Source: Patescibacteria group bacterium (GTDB lineage: Bacteria; Patescibacteriota; Patescibacteriia; Patescibacteriales; JBAZCA01). From it: DNA of 64,000 nt. Below the pieces are notes generated by a model. It worked only from the letters and a program-made list of their open reading frames with translations. It ran no database searches and was not told the origin of the DNA. Shown here in pieces: positions 1-9,546 of the stretch. Every line of letters starts with the position of its first letter. Position 1 is the first letter of the stretch. The stretch is from NCBI GenBank assembly GCA_041671125.1, contig JBAZCA010000001.1, positions 8,120-72,119 on the forward strand, in the 5' to 3' direction. Position numbers and translations under genes: made by a program.

Positions 1-1
1 C

Positions 2-3000
2 ACTTATACCGAATTCAGCCTGGATAATTCAGCCGGCTTTGTCGGACTTTTATTTTCCGACGAAACTAATACCATGACGGCCGACAAAGTGGCGTATGGA
101 GCCGTTACCACGGCGTCTTTAGCCGAAGGAGGATCTCCGGCTCCGGCGCCTCCGGCCGGCGGTTCGCTTGAACGAAAAGCTTTTCCGGACTCAAGCCCCG
201 CCACTATGGTCGGAGGAATTCACGCGACTAAAGGTAATGCCGAAGATTCAAATAATAATTCAGCCGACTTTATTATCCGCTCGGCTACTGACCTGCCCGG
301 CCCCCAAAATTCGTCCGCCTCGGCCGAAACAAAAGAAATCAGTTCCGCCAGCCGGAGCGTAGTCATTAATGAAGTCCTTTATAACACGACGGCAACCGGC
401 GGCTGGATTGAACTCTTTAACGCTTCGGCCGATCCGATCAGCCTGCAAAACTGGAAAGTGGAAATCGCGACGACCACCGCGGCGCAGGTTTATACCATAA
501 CCGACGCGGTTACTCTCGCTTCCCAGAATTTTGCCGTGGTTTACTGGAACTTAGCCGGAACCAATGATACTGACACTTCTGACGGCAGAGCCGCGCTTTA
601 TACCGGAACCAAACCGGCTATGTCAACTCTAGGCGGCGACATTACTTTGAAAGACAATACTAACGCTATTAAGGATTATATCCAGTACGGCGGATCGGGA
701 AAAACCGGCCAGTCCGCGGCCGCCACCGCCGGGCAATGGTCAACCGGCGATTTTATCCAGGTCTGCAATTATAATGAATCCATAGCGAGAAGAAGCACTA
801 CCGGCGACGATTATAATAATTCCGGAGACTGGATGCATATGAGCGCCCCTTCAGCCGGTTATCCTAATACCGGCGGCGATACTACTTCTCCTTCTTCAAT
901 TACTAATGTTACTTTCAGCGACGCTGATACAACAAATTACGGGCTGGACGGCAACGATGTCCGGGTAGTTTTTACTCCGGCATCCAGTTTTGATTCGTCT
1001 TTTGACCGCTACGAGCTTTTTATCCTTCCCGAAGGCGTCGCCCTTGATCAGTCGCTCCATAAAAAATTCGCGGCGATTTACGGCCAGTACCAGTATGTCG
1101 GCTCTACTGTTCAGGCCAACTATACTTTTACCGGCTACGGGGACTTTAACATGAAATACGACAGCGCCAATAATCCGCTCGCTAACGGCAGTTACCGCGC
1201 TTATGTCGTCGCCGTGGATTTTGCCGGCAACCGGTCTTCGGCTGTTTCTTCTCCGGCCGCGACCATTACCGCCGAAGCCGGGGGCGACGATACTATTCCG
1301 CCGATGATTGACCACATGTCAGTCTGGCAGGCTAAGGCCGAAGCTAACCTTTCTTTTGTTGTCCGCGCCGGTGATGATCGCGGAATTGATACGGTTGAAT
1401 TACCTTATAAAATAAATAACGGCGCCTGGGGGACGGCGACTTCAACCTGCGCCGCGCCGGTGATGTCAGACAACACCGGCTTTTACGCCTGTTCCATTGC
1501 CTGGGACGCCGGCTGGGACGCCGCGACTGTTCTCTCTTATTATATAAAAGCCAAAGATACGGCCGCCAGCCCGAATTACCAGTACATGGGCGCCTATCCG
1601 ACTAACTCGGAAACTACGGCCAAAAGCAATCCCATAAATATTGATTTTGTCGCGGCCGCTGACTGGGAAGACGCCGGAACTGAAGCCGATTTGACCGGCC
1701 GGGTGAATGATACTTCGGGCGCGCCGATTCAGGACGCTTTTGTCTTTATAGAAGGAACTGCTACCGGTTTGGCGACTACGACCGCGGCCGGAGCTTATAC
1801 TATCGCCGATAATATAATACCGGCCGGCAGTCAAAACGTAAAAGCATTAAAAAGCGGCTACATGGACATGATGAAACTGGTCAACCGCGGCCAGACCGCC
1901 GATTTTTTCCTTAATACCGGATTCATGAACACTTCTTCCGGCGGATCCTCCGGCGGAAACGGTGTGGCCTGGTCCGCTCCGATGGACGGCATGATGTGGG
2001 CGCCTACTAATATTTCCTGCTCCGGAGATTGTATGACTGATACCATTCCTATGACTGAAATGCCAATCCTCATCACTTTCTTTAATAACATGAACGCGAC
2101 TACGATTGATGATTCGGATGCTTCTAATTCCGGCTCCAACATATACGTAACCGCCGACGGCCTTACTAAAGTCCCGGGCAAAGTAAAATACAATAATGCC
2201 GCCAAGCAGGCCCGATTTTATTCTTCAACCGCGCTTTCGGCTAACACTTTCTATACGGTCGTGATTACCCCGAACGCGAAAGACCAGGACGGCAATTCCG
2301 TCCAGTCAAACCGCCCCAGCGGCAACTACGAGTTCTCGTTTACTACTATGCCGGATAATACTGATATGTGGGGCGGCGGCGGAACTGACTTTTCCAGCTT
2401 CGGCGACGGCGGAAAATTCATGCCGCCCTACGTCAAAGGAACTAATCCGTCTCCGGGATCTTTTAACATTCCCCTGTCCGCGGTTTTGACGGTGGAATTT
2501 TCCGAGGCCATGGACGCGACTTCAGTTTCAACCGGCATTAAATTATACAAAATCACGAGCGAGTCAAGCTGGACCGTGACTGAGGTAACCGATAAAAGCG
2601 TTAGCGTCAGCCTGGACAGCGCGACTAAAAAACTCGCGACAATAACCCACACCGCCCTGGACACGAACGCCGCCAATAACGGCTGGTATGAACTTAGGGT
2701 AATGGGCTCGGTAAAGAGCCAGCTTGGCGTCTGGATGATTGATCCTGTTTCAGTCGGCTGTTCTGATCCAAATTCATGCGCGGCCATGTCAACGGCTTAT
2801 GTTTTTAATTCCAGTTTTCAGGTTGGAAGTTCGTCTGATACGACCCGGCCGACCGTAACCGGCACCTTTCCTAATAATAATGACGGCATAACCGCGGGAA
2901 CGGCTTCGGCTGACGTGGCCATGTCGGCGATTGAAATCGGCTTTTCCGAAGGCATGAATCCGTCTACGATCAACGCGCAGACCATCACCTTAAAAAACGG

Positions 3001-6000
3001 GACCGCGAGCGTTACCGGGATCCTAGGTTATGATCCGATGTCTAACAGCGCTAAATTCTCTCCGACTAACGCCTTAACGCCAAACACTGCTTACACTTTA
3101 ACCGTCCTTGGCAGTACCGGAGGCGTTGCTGATTTATCAGGCAATACCCTTTTAGCTGACCACATTATTACCTTTAAAACCGGATCAGCCGATACTGCCG
3201 CGCCAAAAGTCATGTTCGCGAACGGCGATGATTACCAGATCGCCCTGACTTTTTCCGAACCCATGAACGCCTCCTTGAAAACCGACACTGACAACTGGGC
3301 TTATTCGGTTTTAAATCCGGCTAATTTCTACGTTAACGCTTTAACTTCGGCTGACAATCCGGCTACCTGGGCCTCCACTCCGACCCTCACCGCCCCTTAT
3401 AATACCGGCACGGGAAATCAGGTCTCAGGACTATCAGGAGTTACGATTACTTATGATCAGACAACCCAGACCGCGATATTAAAAGGTTTTACTTTCCCGG
3501 CTTCAGGAGTTACCCATTTTCAGGTTTTCGCCGACAATGTTAAAGACAAATCCGGCAACGCGATCGGCGATTCCGGCGTCCGCGCTAAGCACTCGGGCGA
3601 TCCGACCTATGATGACGCGGTCGGCCATGACAACGGAGCCCGGGCGCCGATTCAATCCAGCTCCGGCACTTATGGCATGCTCGGACCGGGCGGCGGAGGC
3701 GGAATGATGATGTCCGGCGGCGGAGCTGGCGGAGCGGGAACAACATCAGGCGGCCCGAGCGGTATGGATATGGGAAAAATGGGTATGTTCAGCGCCGGAG
3801 CTTTTCCCATGAACGCCATGACCGGCCAGACTTCCAATTACTTTATTGATCTTCCGGTAACTAAGCCGCTCTCCGACGGCATGCTCATAACTATCACCTT
3901 CCCGACCGGATTTAATGTTTCGGCCGTTGCCAAAGATCCTTACTCGCCCGCCAATAATGACATGAATGATCGGGGCGCCGGAACAATCGGTTTTGACGCG
4001 GCATACGGGGTGGGCGGAGTCGCTTCCACCACACTGAATGTTGTCACCATGAAGCTTGATGTATCCGGAACCCCGAACGCGGCCGCCGGCCCGGATGGTT
4101 TTTATGATTTTCTTCATATTGATCTTAAAGGAGTAAAAAATTCCAATATTGCCAAAGATTTCGGCACTTCCGGCTATACGGCTGATATTAAAACCATGTC
4201 CGCCGACGGCTCGCTTTTGGAAAGTGTTACCACTATGCCCTTCTTTATCACCCAGGGCGGCTCTAATACGCTTACAGTCGTAGTAAACTGCGGCGACACT
4301 GATCAAGATACTGGAACAATGGCAACTTATCTTGGCTCGCCCATGACCGGACCGATGGAAGCGATTTCTTCCACTTTCACTAATGGTATTGCCACCTCCA
4401 CCTTTACCAATCTTTCGGCCGGCCAGTACATGCTCTTTACCGACCCGTTCCTTACTATCGGCGGCGCGAACTATTTAGGCAAACCCATGCCCGAAACCAT
4501 CCAAATTTCCGCGGCGACAGAGAAAAATATTACCATAGAAAAAGAAGGAGCCGGAGCCGGAAAAGCCGCGGTTACGGTTTATCTCTTCGGCGATTTTTCT
4601 ACTGATAGCGCGGCTGATGATGTAGATATATTTGCTAACTCGCCTTCAGGTTTCCGGGTAAAAACCCTTACTGATGTCGGCAGTACCAACCCGAATACCA
4701 CGCTTTACTTAACTGAAGGCGAATGGATGATGGGCGCCGGAATCGCCATGCCTAAAGGTCCGATGTCCGGGTCGCCTGCCAGCCCCGACTGGATGGAACC
4801 ACAAAAAGTCGGTGTTATAGTCGGGATTGAAACCGCGACCGGAAGAAATCTTGATCCTGACGGGGCGACTGACGCGGCCATTGGTAACACCCAGCCGGTG
4901 CTATTAACCGTCGCCAGCACCAATAACTTCAAAGTTGGGGATGTAATAACCTTCGCGACCGGAGCGGCCGCGGCCACCACTACGATTACATCTTTTGTCG
5001 CCAACACTTCCCTAACTTTTACTCCGCAAGGCAACTGGACGACCCTGCCGGCCGCTAACGACGTAATCACCTCAGTTCGCGAGCCTTCTAATGGCCCGAA
5101 TGACAAAAAAGTAAACTTTAATATTTCTACGCAGGCTACCAAGGAAATTAAAGGTTTTGTTTTAGATTCCGATGGCAGTGGAATCGGCAATGCCGAAATA
5201 TACGCTTATCAACCGCAAGGCTTTGGCGGCGGCAATACCACGGCTGATACTTCCGGTAAATTCACCTTAAAAATCGGGACTACCGGAGTCTGGACTATTG
5301 GCGCGTTTAAGCCGGGCATGCCGAGTTCCAAAGAAAAATCCGTTGAAGTAAAAGATAATACTATTGGAGGCGACGGCAATACCACGGCTGATATTTATCT
5401 TGATGGAACAATTATCCATGATGCTACAAATAATAATGCCGGAACAAATCCCTTAAGGCTTAAATTAAAACGGCCCGAATATACCATTTCCGGTAAAGTC
5501 CTTAATACCGGCGGCCAGTCAGTCCCCTACGCTCCGGTTTGGGCGTATCAGCCGACCGGGGGAGGACATTCCGATACTATGACTGACTCTTCCGGAAATT
5601 ACATATTGTACGTTGATGCCGGAACCTGGCGGATTGAAGCTGACGCGCCGAACGTCGGCTGGATGCAGTATTCGCCGGATGTTACTGTAAGCGCCGCTTC
5701 CCAATCCAATATTAATTTAAGGCCATCCGGTTCAGCCACTTATTACAGCGTATCCGGAACAATCACCATTGACGGCTCGGCTCAAAGTTATATTCCTCTT
5801 CGGGCCGCGCTCTACGACGCGAACGGCAATTACCAGGGCCGCGATTACGGCGCTTCAACCGATTCAAACGGCGGCTATACTCTGAGCCTGCCGGCGGGCT
5901 ATTACCGGATTGATACCTGGACCCAGAATTACGGCGAGGTGGAACTGGTTTATGATCAGGTGGCGAGTTCCCAGGCTAATATTAACGTCAACGCCGCGAC

Positions 6001-8767
6001 AACCACCGCCGACATACTAGTAGCGGCGGCGGATCTGCAGACTATTTCCCTCCAGTTTAATAATGGCGCGGCCGCCCAAACCGGATTCCTTAACGTGGAT
6101 GAAGTAACTTTCAACGGCGCTAACCCAATACCGACCGGTTACCATTTCTCAACCAAGATTGACGGTTTGAACGCCACTTCCACCATTAAAATTAAAGGCG
6201 CTTCGGCGGGAAAATATTATTTCTTTGGCCTGGATGTTCCGGGTTATGGCTTTTTCTCTCCGGATACTGCCAGCCGCCAGGCTCTCTCTAACGACAAAGA
6301 TTGCATTAAAGTAACTGACGCGGCCCGGGCGGTTTACTTTACTCTGCCGAACGCTTCTACGGAAATGATAACGGTTAGCGGCACGGTTACCGACGGCTCT
6401 GTCGGCCTCGCGAATGCCTGGGTTTGGATTGGCAGCCCGAATACCGGCTACCATACCGGCGCCGAAACCGGTTCAGCCGGAACTTTCTCTATAACCGTGC
6501 CCAAGCTCGAAAGCGGCACATATAATTTAGGCGCGGATAAGTCCGGCTATATGTCTTCGGCTCCGGCTTCGGTTTCCGCGACTACGGCCAGCGCGGATAA
6601 TACGGTCGCCCTGGGCGCAGCCGCCCGGACGATTGTCGGTTACGTGAAAAACGACTCAGGAACCAACATCCCGAACGCTTATGTCTGGGCTAAAGAAACA
6701 ACCACCGGCAATATGGCTCATACTCCGGCTGACGCCTCAGGCTACTATTCCCTGCCGGTTACTAACGGAACCTGGTCAATTATGGCCGGAGCCGACGGTT
6801 ACAAGGACGGCAATTATAAGGTCAACAACACTAAAACCAACGTTACGGTGGCGGGCGCGATCCAGACTCCGGCCGGCAGTATTGATATTGTCCTGGAAAC
6901 CAACGCGGACTGGACAATGAAAACCAAATCAAAATCCATTACCCCGTCATCCGGCGGAACGGTTGATGATACTGCCGCTTCGGCTACGGGAGTAAAAATT
7001 ACGGCTCCGCCGAACGCTTTAGGTTCCAGCCAGTCTTCCGGCAATCTTGGCATCCAGGAAACCTCGGCCGTTACCGAGACTACCAGTTTTGAGCCTTTGG
7101 GAGGAATCGGAAAAGTAATAACCGCGACGGATAATTCCGGACAGGCCATAACCAACTTAAGCGATTACCTTGATATTGAAATCGTTTATTACAAAGCCAA
7201 TATTGAGGCCATGAATTTAGTGGATTATTCAAAATTAAAGACCCAGACTCTGGGGTACTGGGATAATACCGCCAATAACTGGGTCAACCTGAATACCACG
7301 AGAAAGGCTTATTATAAGCTAGCCGCGGACGCGACCGAATGGACCATGAAATCGGATAGCGCGACGCAAACCGGTTATGAAGAATTTATTGATACTTTAG
7401 CGGCCGGCAGCCCGAGCTACTACGATTATAAGCTGGTATTTATCGGAAAGACTAATCACTTAACCGTATTTTCGGCTATCAACCCGCCTGACGCCCTGGC
7501 CCCGGCCGCTCCGGCCAGCCTCGCGCAGACTTCCGGCGGAGGAACGTCGGTCGGATTATCCTGGGCTGCCGTTACGACCAACGCGGACGCCACCAGTATA
7601 ACGGATTTGCTTGGCTACGAGCTCTATCGCTCTACTGACGGAACAACCTATACTCAGGTTAACACTTCCGATATTTCAGGAACCACCTATACCGATACCG
7701 GCCGGACCGCTTTTACCAGTTACTATTATAAAATTACCGCGGCTGACGACGGCGGCAATGAGTCGGCTTATTCTTCGGCGCTTCAGGTTTGCTCCACCAA
7801 CACGGTTTCAAACGGCCTTGTTGCCGCTGACTGCTCCATTTCCTGCAATACCGGTTACACGCGAAATGGCAACACCTGCGCCGCGAATGCCGGATCAGCC
7901 GCTCCCTCCGGGAATACTACGCATTGCTCTTCGGTCGTTTATGACGAATGGCAGGCATCCTGCGCCGCTGACGGATTTCAGTATCGCAACATCAAATCTT
8001 TTTCGCCTTCCGGCTGTTCCCTTTCTGCGAGCCAGGAGACGGAAAGAAAACGCGCTTGCCCATCATTAGCCGAAGAAGCCCCGGTAACCGAAAAAGCTAA
8101 GGAAATTATTAAAAACACCAAAGAGACAGTAGCTGAAGTCAAAGCTAAAACCGAGGAAACAGCCAAAGCTTTTACGGAAAAACTTACAGCCATAGCGTAT
8201 GACGCCGCGGAAATAATTAAAGCCTCGGTTTCAACGCTTCTGGAAAAACTCGGACTGAAGCGTAATATTACCGATGAGCAAAAGACTGCCGATAAGTTTA
8301 CTAAGATGCTCATTAAGAATCTTAAAGTTGCCGTGAAAGATCAGTCCGCCATTACCAACTTTATTTCTTACGGAACCGAAACAACGTTAAAGCTCGGCGC
8401 CGGAGAACGGGCCGGAGTGCTGAATTCCTATAAATCGGCTTTTGGCAGACTTCCGGCAAAGGAGACCGAATGGAGCGACGCGATAAAAATCGCCAATGGC
8501 CGGTGGCCTTCGGAGCTTAATAAAACCTCGGAAGCCAACGCCACTCTGGCTTTCAGAAAAATCTATAAACGCGCGCCGGACCGGAAAAATTCGAACGACG
8601 ACGCGGCCGTGACGGTTATCGCTTACGGACTCCGGCCAGCCCAAAGGAATGTAAATAGCGAAGCCGCGGCTATTAAATCCTTTAAGGCCATCTACGGTTA
8701 CCCGCCAGTTTCAGCTACTGCTTGGGATATTGTCAGAGCCATTGCCTATTCCGGGGCGAAACGGTAA
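2..8767 (+). CDS. Giant secreted/S-layer-like surface protein, 5'-partial (ORF open to window edge; >2,920 aa)
   Basis: The frame of ORF 74..8767 has no stop back to nt 2. The residues TYTEFSLDNSAGFVGLLFSDETNT precede the listed Met and read like the C-terminal half of a lamin-tail domain (LTD) (..GGSLERK..NNNSADF..PGPQNS). A complete LTD lies at ~355-870 (VVINEVLYN..GGWIELFN..ISLQNW..GGDITLKD..IQYG..ESIARR..NNSGDW). SbsA-type Ig-like modules lie at ~1980-3200 (LTVEFSEAMDATSV, IEIGFSEGMNPSTI, IALTFSEPMNASL). Carboxypeptidase-regulatory-like beta-sandwich repeats lie at ~1690-1870 and 5150-6830 (IKGFVLDSDGSGIGNAEIYAY..TSGKFTL and others). An FN3 domain lies at ~7490-7790 (LSWAAV..GYELYRS..YYYKITAADDGGNES). 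A Cys-rich block at 7790-8060 is followed by a duplicated C-terminal module. Confidence 0.85.
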   Translation, partial: TYTEFSLDNSAGFVGLLFSDETNTMTADKVAYGAVTTASLAEGGSPAPAPPAGGSLERKAFPDSSPATMVGGIHATKGNAEDSNNNSADFIIRSATDLPGPQNSSASAETKEISSASRSVVINEVLYNTTATGGWIELFNASADPISLQNWKVEIATTTAAQVYTITDAVTLASQNFAVVYWNLAGTNDTDTSDGRAALYTGTKPAMSTLGGDITLKDNTNAIKDYIQYGGSGKTGQSAAATAGQWSTGDFIQVCNYNESIARRSTTGDDYNNSGDWMHMSAPSAGYPNTGGDTTSPSSITNVTFSDADTTNYGLDGNDVRVVFTPASSFDSSFDRYELFILPEGVALDQSLHKKFAAIYGQYQYVGSTVQANYTFTGYGDFNMKYDSANNPLANGSYRAYVVAVDFAGNRSSAVSSPAATITAEAGGDDTIPPMIDHMSVWQAKAEANLSFVVRAGDDRGIDTVELPYKINNGAWGTATSTCAAPVMSDNTGFYACSIAWDAGWDAATVLSYYIKAKDTAASPNYQYMGAYPTNSETTAKSNPINIDFVAAADWEDAGTEADLTGRVNDTSGAPIQDAFVFIEGTATGLATTTAAGAYTIADNIIPAGSQNVKALKSGYMDMMKLVNRGQTADFFLNTGFMNTSSGGSSGGNGVAWSAPMDGMMWAPTNISCSGDCMTDTIPMTEMPILITFFNNMNATTIDDSDASNSGSNIYVTADGLTKVPGKVKYNNAAKQARFYSSTALSANTFYTVVITPNAKDQDGNSVQSNRPSGNYEFSFTTMPDNTDMWGGGGTDFSSFGDGGKFMPPYVKGTNPSPGSFNIPLSAVLTVEFSEAMDATSVSTGIKLYKITSESSWTVTEVTDKSVSVSLDSATKKLATITHTALDTNAANNGWYELRVMGSVKSQLGVWMIDPVSVGCSDPNSCAAMSTAYVFNSSFQVGSSSDTTRPTVTGTFPNNNDGITAGTASADVAMSAIEIGFSEGMNPSTINAQTITLKNGTASVTGILGYDPMSNSAKFSPTNALTPNTAYTLTVLGSTGGVADLSGNTLLADHIITFKTGSADTAAPKVMFANGDDYQIALTFSEPMNASLKTDTDNWAYSVLNPANFYVNALTSADNPATWASTPTLTAPYNTGTGNQVSGLSGVTITYDQTTQTAILKGFTFPASGVTHFQVFADNVKDKSGNAIGDSGVRAKHSGDPTYDDAVGHDNGARAPIQSSSGTYGMLGPGGGGGMMMSGGGAGGAGTTSGGPSGMDMGKMGMFSAGAFPMNAMTGQTSNYFIDLPVTKPLSDGMLITITFPTGFNVSAVAKDPYSPANNDMNDRGAGTIGFDAAYGVGGVASTTLNVVTMKLDVSGTPNAAAGPDGFYDFLHIDLKGVKNSNIAKDFGTSGYTADIKTMSADGSLLESVTTMPFFITQGGSNTLTVVVNCGDTDQDTGTMATYLGSPMTGPMEAISSTFTNGIATSTFTNLSAGQYMLFTDPFLTIGGANYLGKPMPETIQISAATEKNITIEKEGAGAGKAAVTVYLFGDFSTDSAADDVDIFANSPSGFRVKTLTDVGSTNPNTTLYLTEGEWMMGAGIAMPKGPMSGSPASPDWMEPQKVGVIVGIETATGRNLDPDGATDAAIGNTQPVLLTVASTNNFKVGDVITFATGAAAATTTITSFVANTSLTFTPQGNWTTLPAANDVITSVREPSNGPNDKKVNFNISTQATKEIKGFVLDSDGSGIGNAEIYAYQPQGFGGGNTTADTSGKFTLKIGTTGVWTIGAFKPGMPSSKEKSVEVKDNTIGGDGNTTADIYLDGTIIHDATNNNAGTNPLRLKLKRPEYTISGKVLNTGGQSVPYAPVWAYQPTGGGHSDTMTDSSGNYILYVDAGTWRIEADAPNVGWMQYSPDVTVSAASQSNINLRPSGSATYYSVSGTITIDGSAQSYIPLRAALYDANGNYQGRDYGASTDSNGGYTLSLPAGYYRIDTWTQNYGEVELVYDQVASSQANINVNAATTTADILVAAADLQTISLQFNNGAAAQTGFLNVDEVTFNGANPIPTGYHFSTKIDGLNATSTIKIKGASAGKYYFFGLDVPGYGFFSPDTASRQALSNDKDCIKVTDAARAVYFTLPNASTEMITVSGTVTDGSVGLANAWVWIGSPNTGYHTGAETGSAGTFSITVPKLESGTYNLGADKSGYMSSAPASVSATTASADNTVALGAAARTIVGYVKNDSGTNIPNAYVWAKETTTGNMAHTPADASGYYSLPVTNGTWSIMAGADGYKDGNYKVNNTKTNVTVAGAIQTPAGSIDIVLETNADWTMKTKSKSITPSSGGTVDDTAASATGVKITAPPNALGSSQSSGNLGIQETSAVTETTSFEPLGGIGKVITATDNSGQAITNLSDYLDIEIVYYKANIEAMNLVDYSKLKTQTLGYWDNTANNWVNLNTTRKAYYKLAADATEWTMKSDSATQTGYEEFIDTLAAGSPSYYDYKLVFIGKTNHLTVFSAINPPDALAPAAPASLAQTSGGGTSVGLSWAAVTTNADATSITDLLGYELYRSTDGTTYTQVNTSDISGTTYTDTGRTAFTSYYYKITAADDGGNESAYSSALQVCSTNTVSNGLVAADCSISCNTGYTRNGNTCAANAGSAAPSGNTTHCSSVVYDEWQASCAADGFQYRNIKSFSPSGCSLSASQETERKRACPSLAEEAPVTEKAKEIIKNTKETVAEVKAKTEETAKAFTEKLTAIAYDAAEIIKASVSTLLEKLGLKRNITDEQKTADKFTKMLIKNLKVAVKDQSAITNFISYGTETTLKLGAGERAGVLNSYKSAFGRLPAKETEWSDAIKIANGRWPSELNKTSEANATLAFRKIYKRAPDRKNSNDDAAVTVIAYGLRPAQRNVNSEAAAIKSFKAIYGYPPVSATAWDIVRAIAYSGAKR

Positions 8768-8776
8768 GGCGCATTC

Positions 8777-8816
8777 AAACCGCGTAGAGACGCATTGCAA
8801 TGCGTCTCTACGGTTT
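8777..8816 (+). terminator. Hairpin immediately downstream of the giant gene
   Basis: A perfect 15-bp palindrome cgtagagacgcattg/caatgcgtctctacg spans 8783-8812, extended by aaaccg/cggttt with a 2-nt bulge. It starts 10 nt after the TAA stop. The trailing T-run is weak (gttt). Confidence 0.45.
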
Positions 8817-8854
8817 GCGTGAAAAGATAAATTTTAACACCTGTTTTTTTAACT

Positions 8855-8905
8855 CCCCTCCCCCGCGTCATCAGGCGTCGGGGAGGGGTTAGGGGTGGGG
8901 TTTTT
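8855..8905 (+). terminator. C-rich/G-rich hairpin with T5 tail; the G-rich arm is also a G-quadruplex-type motif
   Basis: cccctcccc (8855-8863) pairs with ggggagggg (8880-8888). The G-rich tract GGGGAGGGGTTAGGGGTGGGG (8880-8900) is followed by ttttt. An alternative pairing exists between ggggtgggg (8892-8900) and ccccacccc (8920-8928). Confidence 0.45.
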
Positions 8906-8945
8906 CCGCGACGATAGCCCCCACCCCGCTCGGCTCCGCTCGCGA

Positions 8946-8974
8946 CCCTCCCCGACTTTGCGGGGAGGGTTTTT
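8946..8974 (+). terminator. Rho-independent terminator candidate
   Basis: Stem ccctcccc (8946-8953), loop gactttgc, stem ggggaggg (8962-8969), then ttttt (8970-8974). Confidence 0.6.
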
Positions 8975-9100
8975 GGAGGATTTGAGGTTAAGGGTTGGGG
9001 TAAGTGGAGAGTTACCGCAATCTTGCATAATTCATTAGCTTATGCTAATGTTATTTTAGTCAGAAAACTGGCCATTTTTTTAATTCATTTTAATTATCAC

Positions 9101-9460
9101 ATGAAAGACAAAATCCATCCGAAGTATAATGACAACGTAAAAGTCTCCTGCTCCTGCGGCAATACTTTTACTACCGGTTCAACCGCCTCTGAAATAAAAA
9201 CCGAGGTTTGTTCCGCCTGCCATCCTTTTTACACCGGCAAGCAGAAAATCGTAGATACCGCCCGCCGGGTAGAAAAATTCCATGCCCGCGTCGCGGCTAA
9301 GGAAAACGCTTCAGCCGGAAAGAAAGGAAAAAAAATTAAGCGCGCCGTCCGGTCAGCCGCTAAAAAGCCGGTAGCCGCCAAAGTATCAGCCGGAAAAATC
9401 GCCTCAGCAAAATCAGCTAAAACCGCGGTAAAATCGGCTGAAAAAAAATCCGAAAAGTAG
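9101..9460 (+). CDS. rpmE: 50S ribosomal protein L31 (zinc-ribbon form) with a Lys/Ala-rich C-terminal tail
   Basis: [53 protein letters not shown] is a classic L31 sequence with CxC..CxxC. I start it at the internal ATG 9101; the 26 upstream codons of ORF 9023 are non-homologous. About 50 extra C-terminal residues are rich in K and A. Confidence 0.9.
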   Translation: MKDKIHPKYNDNVKVSCSCGNTFTTGSTASEIKTEVCSACHPFYTGKQKIVDTARRVEKFHARVAAKENASAGKKGKKIKRAVRSAAKKPVAAKVSAGKIASAKSAKTAVKSAEKKSEK

Positions 9461-9546
9461 CAAAGCCAAAAAAACTATCTTCTTAGTTTTATATTTGTTA
9501 AAATATAAATAGGAAGGTAGTTTTTTATTATATTAAAAGACAATTA

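Noticed and set aside
260-8644. Numerous 60-186-aa ORFs on either strand inside the giant gene (for example 896-1315, 3746-4306, 4705-5190, 7611-8069).
   Set aside because: All are embedded in a continuous 8.7-kb ORF with clear domain homology. Their products are low-complexity, and none has independent signals.
2-8767. A diversity-generating retroelement target or variable repeat in the giant protein.
   Set aside because: There is no reverse transcriptase gene, no template/variable repeat pair that I could spot, and no C-type-lectin-like C-terminus.
9023-9100. N-terminal extensions offered by the ORF track: rpmE 9023, prmC 10877, GH paralog 22109, pyrG 34714, GT4 37372, flippase 38943, rpsI 39528, rplQ 40357, mraZ 52904.
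   Set aside because: Homology to the protein families begins at internal ATGs. Several track starts are TTG/GTG codons lying inside heptamer repeats or overlapping neighbouring genes.
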